Assembly (NCBI GenBank): GCA_016861265.1
Contig: BOLA01000001.1
Span: 267,569-331,568 of the forward strand
Direction: 5' to 3'
Origin: Patescibacteria group bacterium
Lineage (GTDB): Bacteria; Patescibacteriota; Dojkabacteria; J137
Length of the DNA stretch: 64,000 nt
Part shown: piece by piece, positions 38,021 to 46,138 of the stretch
Position numbering within the stretch: position 1 is the stretch's first letter
How the letters are laid out: every line of letters starts with the position of its first letter
Position numbers and translations under genes: made by a program
Notes under the pieces: generated by a model
Told to the model about the DNA's origin: nothing
Database searches by the model: none
What the model saw: only the letters and a program-made list of their open reading frames with translations

Positions 38021-38938
38021 TTACAGGCTGTAGGTCACGAACTGGTGAAAATCACGCTTAAAACGATCAGTACCTTCGATGGGCTTTTTGGGCCAGAAGA
38101 TATCTGCCTGTGCGTAGATGATGCTGTGCTCAGCACCAGCGCCGTCGGTGCTTCCGTCCATAATGCGACGGAGCGAGTCAATGTACTGCGTGTGGTGTTC
38201 AGCCGAAAGGAGCGCTGCATCGTGAGGGGGATTGTTGTCCCCGCCGCCCACAGCATTCCACAGCATTTTCGCTGCGGCCGAAACTTCCGCCATACATTCT
38301 GATTTGCTGGCGTCCTCGTTCGCTTCTGAGAAGTCGAGGACAAAGACACCGTGAACATCCTTTTCGATCAGGACGTTCGTGGCGTCGACCATGCCAACAG
38401 TGAAGCCCAGCGAGTGGACAAAGTCCAAAAGCTTGAGCAACTTGCCCAGCACCCACGTGCCGGTCTTGAGATCGATGCGCTGACCGTCAAGCACTCGCGC
38501 CAGCGGGAAAAGCTGTTTGTATGTGTTGATGCTCGGGTGGTAACCCAAGACCATCACAAAACGCCCATCTTCACCCACGAACGAATCGAGTAATGTCGGG
38601 AAAAGCGCTCCGTAGTTCAGCGGATTCTCGCCCCGGCCGACCGCTTCCGCATCCAAGTCCGTCGCGATCTGCTGCAAAGTGCGCAGAATACGCGATTCGG
38701 TTTCGAGGATGTGGTTGAGGTCGACGGTTGCAGCGATCTTCATCAGCCCCATTTGTCCCGAAGGGAGTTTGGCAACATAGAGCTTCCAGCTTTCGGTGGT
38801 GACCAATGCGGTGCCGCCGATGCTGAAAATTTCGTAAGTGCCATTCGCGCCGTCGATTTCGGTCATGCTCGTAAGAGCCGACCCCGAAGTTGAGTCATCA
38901 CCAACTGGTGCAGTCCCGAGAAATTCCTTGTCGTCCAT
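38021..38938 (-). CDS. GC-rich protein-kinase-like protein, probably a pseudokinase
   Basis: GLMKIA (Lys), ESRIL (Glu), FVHSLGFTVGMVDATNVLI (HRD lost), VLDFS; AAGGAAGG SD. Confidence 0.7.
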   Translation of the reverse strand: MDDKEFLGTAPVGDDSTSGSALTSMTEIDGANGTYEIFSIGGTALVTTESWKLYVAKLPSGQMGLMKIAATVDLNHILETESRILRTLQQIATDLDAEAVGRGENPLNYGALFPTLLDSFVGEDGRFVMVLGYHPSINTYKQLFPLARVLDGQRIDLKTGTWVLGKLLKLLDFVHSLGFTVGMVDATNVLIEKDVHGVFVLDFSEANEDASKSECMAEVSAAAKMLWNAVGGGDNNPPHDAALLSAEHHTQYIDSLRRIMDGSTDGAGAEHSIIYAQADIFWPKKPIEGTDRFKRDFHQFVTYSL

Positions 38939-39165
38939 TGTGTACCTTCCTTATATTGTCGAATGTGTATGATTACCAGGATATTCCCTAGTAACAGCCA
39001 CACCCTAAAGACATAATCTACAGAGTGTGACTGTTACGGTAACCTTACTTTAGCTATTCACTTGTTAATGTACTTTCCGAGATTTAAAATCATCGGACTC
39101 TCAAAAGAGATTGATTTGTACCTTTAGCAAACTTCTTTCGAAGATTTATTAATTAAGTACATTGA
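38939..39165 (-). promoter_or_regulatory. Long structured 5' leader with boxB-like hairpin, boxA-like motif and pairing arm
   Basis: Hairpins 38991-39037 (13-bp stem) and 39076-39097; GTACATTAACAA 39073-39062; arm 39066-39051. Confidence 0.6.
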
Positions 39166-39511
39166 GATTGTATTAGCGAATGGATATATAAGCCTGATAG
39201 CAAAAGTCAGGCAGCAGTAGATATATGCCATATATAATTAAATTTCTGACAATTGCTGACAAATCAAAAAGAAAATAGAAACTGACACTTTTTATTTTGT
39301 TTACTGGTAAGTGTTTTAAAGAAAGTGGGCACAAACTGACATAGAAAATGTAGAAAATTTGAAGAAAATTGACAAAATTTAGGAAAACCCACTAAAAATA
39401 GCGCTCTTTAGTAGTTTTTTGATTTTTATAGAAGAAATCTGGCTTTATTGAATTGTTTAACTCTAGTTAAAAAGAAATAATTACTGTTAATAAGCTATAA
39501 TTACTGCAAAC

Positions 39512-40786
39512 ATGAATCATCAAAACACAAGCACAATCTGGGACGTAATAGTAATTGGCGCAGGTCCAGCCGGCCTTATGGCTGCAGGTCGAGCTGCTGA
39601 GCGTGGTAAAAGCGTACTACTATTAGAAAAGAATCCATACATAGGTAAAAAACTTTTAATTACAGGTGGTGGCGGATGCAACGTTACAAACAATAAACCA
39701 GAAGTACAACAATTAGTTAATAGCTACAAAGGTTCCCCTAAAGCTCTCTACTCTGTTTTTAGTCAATTCGATGTTACAAATACTTTAGAGTTTTTCCATA
39801 ACAAAGGAATGCCTACTAAATTAGAAGCAGAAGGCAGAATATTCCCTGAAAGTAACAAGGCTCAATCTGTTTGGAATGTTTTAAATGAATACATTACAAC
39901 AAACAAAGTTACATTAAAAACAAATGCTGTAGTTACAGGAATAACTTTAAACGAAGATAAAACTTTTAAAATTAAACTAGTTAACGATGCTGTTGTTGGC
40001 AAAGCATGCATTGTTGCAACTGGTGGAACTAGTCACCCAGAAACAGGTTCCACTGGTGATGGTTTTAAATGGTTAAAACAATTAGGGCATACAATTAATC
40101 CTAATTCATTTTCTTTGGTACCAATTGCATTAAAAGAAACCTGGGTTAAAGATGTTAGCGGTATAGCATTAGAAGATGCAGTTATTCGTGTTTATTTAGA
40201 TGGTAAAAGACAAGCACATAAACAAGGTAAAATCTTGTTTACTCATTTTGGATTAAGTGGACCAGCTGTTTTAAATTTGAGCAGTCAAATTGGTGAACTA
40301 CTACAGTATGGCAATGTAAGTTTAGAAATTGATTTACTACCGCAATACGATAATGGAATGTTAAAAACAGAACTATTCAATGTACTTACTACAGATATAA
40401 ATAAGAAGATTAAAAATACATTGAATAATTTAATTGCTAGTGGATTAGTTTTAACTGTATTAAAGTTAGCAAACGTGGATACAGACAAAGCCAACAATAG
40501 TATTACAAAAGAAGAACGTTTACGTTTAGCACAAATATTAAAAGCAATTCCAGCTAATGTTAAACATTTACTTGGTGCCGATAAAGCAATTGTAAGTTCC
40601 GGTGGAGTTGATATTAACGAAGTTGATTTTAAAACAATGCAATCTAGATTAATACCAAACCTATATATTATTGGGGATTTATTAGATATTGATAGACCAA
40701 GTGGTGGTTATAGTTTGCAGTTGTGCTGGAGTATGGGGATGGTGAGTGGGGGCCTATTTAAAAGTTGCAAGCTGAGGTATTTTTAG
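39512..40786 (+). CDS. NAD(P)/FAD-dependent oxidoreductase, HI0933/YhiN/BaiN family
   Basis: IGAGPAG, GKKLLITGGGGCNVTN, GRIFP, LFTHFGLSGP, GGYSLQ. Confidence 0.92.
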   Translation: MNHQNTSTIWDVIVIGAGPAGLMAAGRAAERGKSVLLLEKNPYIGKKLLITGGGGCNVTNNKPEVQQLVNSYKGSPKALYSVFSQFDVTNTLEFFHNKGMPTKLEAEGRIFPESNKAQSVWNVLNEYITTNKVTLKTNAVVTGITLNEDKTFKIKLVNDAVVGKACIVATGGTSHPETGSTGDGFKWLKQLGHTINPNSFSLVPIALKETWVKDVSGIALEDAVIRVYLDGKRQAHKQGKILFTHFGLSGPAVLNLSSQIGELLQYGNVSLEIDLLPQYDNGMLKTELFNVLTTDINKKIKNTLNNLIASGLVLTVLKLANVDTDKANNSITKEERLRLAQILKAIPANVKHLLGADKAIVSSGGVDINEVDFKTMQSRLIPNLYIIGDLLDIDRPSGGYSLQLCWSMGMVSGGLFKSCKLRYF

Positions 40787-42157
40787 AAAAATAATACCTC
40801 TGGCAATCATAATATTGTCTTTTATAACATAACATTCCACATAATGATCTCCAATGTATGCAATTTGTTCTTTACGTATTTTGGTGCCATCATCTTCCCA
40901 AATTTGACCCCTTAACTTCTTAGCATATTTACCTGTATTTCTAATTTTCCAGAAAATTTGAACTGGATCATATGTACTTATGACTTCATTATCTTCTATA
41001 TAATATTCTAAGTTTGCTGATCTTCTAAAAAACGTGACTTCAGATAAAAGAGTAGGGTTTGGATTCCCATTTTGAGTCACTATTGCATTGAGTTTTATTT
41101 TTAGTAAATTAGGACTTACACTAAATCCTTTTTCTTCTATAAACTGCTCAACATCCGATGGAAAGTTCTTCACAGCCCAAGAGATGAAGGAATGGAAAGC
41201 CATCGAAATCGGATAACTTTTAATTGATTCATCGTCTTCAATTACCTTAAATTGATCACCAAATATTTGATTCCATTTCTTGGAACTTTCAACTACATCC
41301 TGCAAATCTAGGGCCTCTTTTGCGATATTAAGTGATTCATCTACTATTCTCATAAACTTCTTAAATTCGTCTAAAGACATTGAGATTTTTAAATATTCGC
41401 CCTCTAAACCTGGATCTTTAAGTTCTGGGATTGATGACAATGTCTCGAAGTTACTATATTTATTAGATATAGATTCTAGAACACTTGTAAATAATTCAGC
41501 ATAAGTATCTTTAGCTTGGAAATTATCCCCTACTAAAAACTCAATCCAGAATCCTTTCGGTTGCGGTTTTTTTACTTTTGAATTTAGTTTCCACCAATAC
41601 TTAAAAATCTTCACCAATGGGACGAACATTTCTTTACTTTTTTCCAATGAATTTAAGTTAGAAGTGTATTCAGTATGTGCCTTTGGATGACTATAGACCC
41701 ATTTACTTAGTTCCTTATCTGGAATTAATAGCTTACTGTCTCCATCAGTTTCAACTACTGTAGGTAGGACATCTAGAGTCATCTCAACATCTGGGTGTTC
41801 GGGCAATGCTTGCTTTACTTTTACAGATTTACGGGAATACTCAAGATTATCTGCATCCTCATAATGTTCATTCAAGCTTTTCTTCAACTTTGCTAACACT
41901 TTAGCAGGTGTATTTTCTTCTTTGGATGGATCAAAATCAGTAAGAATCGCGATATCAATATCTTTAATATCCCCTACTGCGGTATGTCTCTTATAAGAAC
42001 CATATAGAAATGATCCAATAACATTTTCTGCAATAGTAGCATCATTCTCAAGATGTTCTCGAATAGTTGAATGTGCCTCTTTTGCAAAATTTTTTTGTTC
42101 TGGATCTGGTTCAATATTTGTTAAAAAATCATCAAAGCAAGTATTAAGAGTTGCCAT
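40754..42157 (-). CDS. CBASS CD-NTase (cGAS/DncV-like, SMODS) with C-terminal AGS-C domain
   Basis: LYGSYKRHTAVGDIKDIDI, TLDVLP, HPKAH, LVKIFKYW; C-terminal WKIRNTG..LRGQI..YIGDHYVECY. Confidence 0.88.
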   Translation of the reverse strand: MATLNTCFDDFLTNIEPDPEQKNFAKEAHSTIREHLENDATIAENVIGSFLYGSYKRHTAVGDIKDIDIAILTDFDPSKEENTPAKVLAKLKKSLNEHYEDADNLEYSRKSVKVKQALPEHPDVEMTLDVLPTVVETDGDSKLLIPDKELSKWVYSHPKAHTEYTSNLNSLEKSKEMFVPLVKIFKYWWKLNSKVKKPQPKGFWIEFLVGDNFQAKDTYAELFTSVLESISNKYSNFETLSSIPELKDPGLEGEYLKISMSLDEFKKFMRIVDESLNIAKEALDLQDVVESSKKWNQIFGDQFKVIEDDESIKSYPISMAFHSFISWAVKNFPSDVEQFIEEKGFSVSPNLLKIKLNAIVTQNGNPNPTLLSEVTFFRRSANLEYYIEDNEVISTYDPVQIFWKIRNTGKYAKKLRGQIWEDDGTKIRKEQIAYIGDHYVECYVIKDNIMIARGIIFLKIPQLATFK

Positions 42158-42158
42158 A

Positions 42159-43529
42159 TTAAAAAGTACTATTTGTAATTATTGTTGCACGCTGATATAT
42201 TTCTCTATCCGCACCCAAAAAATATACATGGAGCTTTGCATTAAGAGAATCTAGTTTGTGTCCCGCCATTAGCGAGATAGGTTTAGGAATAGCCAAAAAT
42301 AAATGTATATCTTTGATTCCCCAACTTTGAATCTCCATAATAGAATTAGACAATTCTTTTGCTACAATTGAAGCATGCGCGGAGTTTGAAACTCTTCCAT
42401 CCACAATGTATTTATGTACTATATATTTTATTGTAGGAAAGTTTCTGTCATTTATATTTTTTAAAACAATATCTTTTAAGTCTTTTCGACCAACAGCATC
42501 AAAGATTAGTACAGCTTCTGTAGAACTATTATCTATTATTAAAGGTTCTTGTGATTTTATTCTTGATTCTACAGCTGGAGTATCCTCTTCAACACTACTC
42601 CACAATTGTTTTTTGTAGATTACCTTGAATTGGATTCTATTTTTTCTAAAAGCTAGGCCTAGTTGAAACGCAAGGGAAATCTCAATATCTGTATAGATTA
42701 TTATATTTTCGTACATGGATGTAGACTTTATAATTTCTACCAAAGCTTTTATAGATTCGATAATTTTCCTATTCCTATCTTCTAACTGTTCTTTGCTTAC
42801 GTAAAAATCCTCGAAGTACACTGTTAAATCAACTACCTGATCAAAAGTTGAATTTTTCTGTGTGGTTACTCCTAAGTAAAGTGTTCTCGGTTTTACTGAA
42901 GTAACTTTTTTAAATATATTTTGGGTTTGATTAAGTTCTAGTAGTATTTCCTTTATTTTTTCTTTTTCATTTAGAATTTCTTTAGAAGTTTTCAAGATTG
43001 TCTTCCTAGTAAGCACATTCAAGTCAGAAATTTTAAGATCAAAAAATTTGTCAGTAGGAAGATTCTTTGAATAATATTTATACACTAGATCGGGATAATT
43101 ATCTAAAGAACTCATTAAATCACTCCAAAAAACGGGCGTTACCATACTCTGTCCCTGAGCTAATCTATTCTTACTTAAAGCCAAGCACATTGAAGTTATT
43201 TTCGAATCACTCGCAGCACTAGTTACATAATAAAAATTGTTTAACTTAATACCTGCCTTCTTAAGCTTTTCTAAACTTTCTGTTATATCAGCTTCCATTA
43301 CCGATTGAATCTTATTAGTTGGAACATCTAAATGATTTTTGCATTGAATGCCCTCAATTTCGTTAGTTCCAAAATTAAACCCCAAAATATCTAATCCATA
43401 TTGAGCTTGTCCTTTTCTACCAAATCTTTGTAGATTGGGATTTATGAACTTCCGTGAAAAGATATCGCAGACTAAATCTTCGAAAAAGCTATCATCTTTA
43501 AGTTTTGGTAAATCAAAGATTCCACTCAT
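42159..43529 (-). CDS. CBASS effector: PD-(D/E)xK endonuclease fused to SAVED (Cap4-like)
   Basis: FEDLVCDIF..FGRKGQAQYGLDI..GIQCK; C-terminal IHLFLAIPKPISLMAGHKL SAVED motif; 1 nt from CD-NTase start. Confidence 0.82.
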   Translation of the reverse strand: MSGIFDLPKLKDDSFFEDLVCDIFSRKFINPNLQRFGRKGQAQYGLDILGFNFGTNEIEGIQCKNHLDVPTNKIQSVMEADITESLEKLKKAGIKLNNFYYVTSAASDSKITSMCLALSKNRLAQGQSMVTPVFWSDLMSSLDNYPDLVYKYYSKNLPTDKFFDLKISDLNVLTRKTILKTSKEILNEKEKIKEILLELNQTQNIFKKVTSVKPRTLYLGVTTQKNSTFDQVVDLTVYFEDFYVSKEQLEDRNRKIIESIKALVEIIKSTSMYENIIIYTDIEISLAFQLGLAFRKNRIQFKVIYKKQLWSSVEEDTPAVESRIKSQEPLIIDNSSTEAVLIFDAVGRKDLKDIVLKNINDRNFPTIKYIVHKYIVDGRVSNSAHASIVAKELSNSIMEIQSWGIKDIHLFLAIPKPISLMAGHKLDSLNAKLHVYFLGADREIYQRATIITNSTF

Positions 43530-43594
43530 ATTGAATTTGTATTATTTCTGTAAATCATAACATTCGTATACCAAATCTTGTCCATAGACAAATT

Positions 43595-43623
43595 TTGCAC
43601 TCAGATAACCTTTCCTGTATAAT
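43595..43623 (+). promoter_or_regulatory. sigma70 promoter of the ABC-F leader
   Basis: TTGCAC-17 nt-TATAAT. Confidence 0.7.
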
Positions 43624-43629
43624 CCCTTC

Positions 43630-43692
43630 ATGTACATCAATACATCAACACAAATCTTCTTGCTTTCCTTCAAAGCAGCAATATTAAGCTAA
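43630..43692 (+). CDS. Putative leaderless leader peptide (uORF) of ABC-F gene
   Basis: ATG 6 nt after the -10 box; MYINTSTQIFLLSFKAAILS*. Confidence 0.5.
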   Translation: MYINTSTQIFLLSFKAAILS

Positions 43693-43749
43693 GTATATTT
43701 GCACGCCTATACGATTTAGGCACTAACTTAGATTTAATATTAAAACACC

Positions 43750-45219
43750 ATGTTAAGAGTAAACAATTTATCAATAGAATTTAGTAAACAGTTATTTAAT
43801 AACATTTCATTTACCTTAGGCAACAAAGAAAAGGTTGGTCTTATAGGCCTTAATGGAACAGGCAAAACTACTCTGCTGCGCTTACTTGCAGGTCTAGAAG
43901 TTGCAGACAGCGGAAAAATAGAAATATCTAAAGATGAACACCTTGAATACTTACCTCAGGAATATTCATTTAAAGACGACTTAATGGTTGGCGAAGTTTT
44001 AGAAGAAATGATTACCAACCCTAAAACCGAAATGTTTAAGGTTACAAAAGTTTTAAACAAGCTTGGATTAACCGATATTGATTACTATGCCTTTGTTAAT
44101 ACATTAAGCGAAGGTCAAAAAATGAAGTTGTATTTAGCAAAGCTGTTAATAAACAACCCAACAATATTATTACTAGATGAACCAACTAACCACTTAGATA
44201 TTACAGGCATTAGGTGGCTTGAAGGCTTTATTAAGCAGTTCGATGGCATTTGCATTATCATTTCGCACGACAGAGTTTTTTTGAACAATGTAATTACAGA
44301 TGTATTCGAAATTGATGAACAAAAGTTAAATATATTTAAAGGTAATTACAATGATTACTTGGTTCAAAAAGCAGACTTACTAGAAAAACGTAAAACTCAA
44401 TACTTTTTGCAAGAAAAGCATCGTGAAAAACTAATTAATTTAATAGAAAAAACGCATACCTATGCAGCTGGTGAAAAGCAAAGCCGTGCCCTAAGTGCTG
44501 CAAAGCACAGACTTATTCGAGAAGTTTTAAGTAAAGAAATAAGTGAATACAAGGAACAAAAAATATCTGATATTGAAATTGCAGGATCTGTACATAAATC
44601 TAAACAGATTATTAAAATTAGGAATTTAAATTTTTGTTACGGCAATAATGCAATTGTTAAAGATGCAAACTTTGATATGTATGGTAAAGAGAAAATCTGG
44701 CTTGTTGGCGCAAATGGAACTGGTAAAACTACACTAGTAAAATTAATACTTGGTAAGTTAAAGCCAGATTCAGGGGAAATAAAACTGGGAGATAATTTAA
44801 AGTGGGCATATTTTTCGCAGGATCAATCGCATTTAGATATGAATGCAACTGTAGAAGATTTCTTTTTAACCAATACAGGTATTAGTTACAATCAATCATT
44901 TAATGTAATGGCAAAATTCTTGTTTGGCAAAGAACAACGTACAACTAAAATTAAAAATTTAAGTCCTGGGCAAAGAGCCAGATTATCTTTTGCAGTGTTC
45001 AGTTTAAAGGAATATGACTTTATGATTTTAGACGAACCAACTAATCATATAGATATAAAATCAAAAGAAGTTATAGAAGAATCTTTAAATAATTACAAAG
45101 GTTCAATATTTGTTGTATCTCACGATAGATACTTTGTAAAAAACATTGGAGTAACAAGAGCAATAACGTTAAACAATAATAAAATTGCTGAAGTTAAGAA
45201 TATTGAGGATGAATTTTGA
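43750..45219 (+). CDS. ABC-F family ATPase
   Basis: GLNGTGKT, LSEGQ, LLDEPTNHLD; GANGTGKT, LSPGQ, ILDEPTNHID; no TM. Confidence 0.92.
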   Translation: MLRVNNLSIEFSKQLFNNISFTLGNKEKVGLIGLNGTGKTTLLRLLAGLEVADSGKIEISKDEHLEYLPQEYSFKDDLMVGEVLEEMITNPKTEMFKVTKVLNKLGLTDIDYYAFVNTLSEGQKMKLYLAKLLINNPTILLLDEPTNHLDITGIRWLEGFIKQFDGICIIISHDRVFLNNVITDVFEIDEQKLNIFKGNYNDYLVQKADLLEKRKTQYFLQEKHREKLINLIEKTHTYAAGEKQSRALSAAKHRLIREVLSKEISEYKEQKISDIEIAGSVHKSKQIIKIRNLNFCYGNNAIVKDANFDMYGKEKIWLVGANGTGKTTLVKLILGKLKPDSGEIKLGDNLKWAYFSQDQSHLDMNATVEDFFLTNTGISYNQSFNVMAKFLFGKEQRTTKIKNLSPGQRARLSFAVFSLKEYDFMILDEPTNHIDIKSKEVIEESLNNYKGSIFVVSHDRYFVKNIGVTRAITLNNNKIAEVKNIEDEF

Positions 45220-45227
45220 AAGGAATA

Positions 45228-45260
45228 ATTTGTTGCAGGACCTCCGTTCCTACAACAAAT
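45228..45260. terminator. Bidirectional terminator
   Basis: ATTTGTTGCAGGA-CCTCCGT-TCCTACAACAAAT. Confidence 0.65.
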
Positions 45261-45284
45261 ATTGCTTGAACAGAAATCCTGCTA

Positions 45285-46019
45285 TTACCGATCGGGCTTG
45301 GGGTGCCACAGAGGGCGCACCACGCCGCGGTAAACCGCGAGCCCGAAAATTGCCACTGCAATGACTAACCAAATGGTCGCCCACTGGTTGCCATTCAAGA
45401 ACGGGTACAGCTGAGAAAACTGGACCGCATCGTTATGGTGGTCCTGTCGCGACAGCTGCTCCAGAGCGCGTAATCCGTTAATGGCGTCCAGCGCAACGTA
45501 CGCCGATAACACGTTGATTAAGCCTACCCCTATGTGCCACGGCAAGTACTTGCTCACCAGAAAGACCACTACTGACAGTACGACCGCCACGATCACCGTG
45601 AGCTGAGTGCCGGTTGCTTGGTCGGGTTGCGCGTAAGTCAAGGCGAACAACCCCATAACAATCCCCACCCCGAACGCCACAACGGCGCCCCACTGGTAAC
45701 GATTGTTGAAATAGAACACAACCGACCCAATCAGAGCCGAACCCAGATAGCCTGCAGGCAGAATTAACGTCCACCATCCACCGGCGGACTGAACGTATCC
45801 ACCGCCGTCGGAACCTACGACTAGCGCCATCACACGGCCACCAGTAATCCAGGTGGCAAATGCGTGGCCAAACTCATGAACCAACACCTGCACAAAGTGC
45901 AGACTCCGATTAACCACGAACATGTTACTGTCCGTGACAATCAGGTGCAGAACAACCGCCACAAGGACGGTCACCGACGCCATGATAACAGCGTAGGATT
46001 TATTCGTCGGGTAACGCAT
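45285..46019 (-). CDS. GC-rich M50B-family intramembrane metallopeptidase
   Basis: VHEFGH, PAGYLG, HNDA; multiple TM; AAGGAG SD; TGATATAAT at 46068-46060. Confidence 0.88.
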   Translation of the reverse strand: MRYPTNKSYAVIMASVTVLVAVVLHLIVTDSNMFVVNRSLHFVQVLVHEFGHAFATWITGGRVMALVVGSDGGGYVQSAGGWWTLILPAGYLGSALIGSVVFYFNNRYQWGAVVAFGVGIVMGLFALTYAQPDQATGTQLTVIVAVVLSVVVFLVSKYLPWHIGVGLINVLSAYVALDAINGLRALEQLSRQDHHNDAVQFSQLYPFLNGNQWATIWLVIAVAIFGLAVYRGVVRPLWHPKPDR

Positions 46020-46096
46020 TATAACGATAGCTCCTTTTCAACGAACTCGGTATATAGTAATTATATCATTTGCAGAGTAAATATTAAAGCGCAATA

Positions 46097-46118
46097 AAGC
46101 CCGCCTTGCGGCGGGCTT
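46097..46118 (-). terminator. Intrinsic terminator
   Basis: AAGCCCGCC-TTGC-GGCGGGCTT. Confidence 0.7.
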
Positions 46119-46138
46119 AGTGTAACTTTAATTCAGCT

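Noticed and set aside
36782-38893. Long antisense and alternate-frame ORFs (e.g. 36782-37612, 37399-37884; likewise 16805-17427)
   Set aside because: Shadow ORFs expected in GC-rich sequence; no motifs or initiation signals
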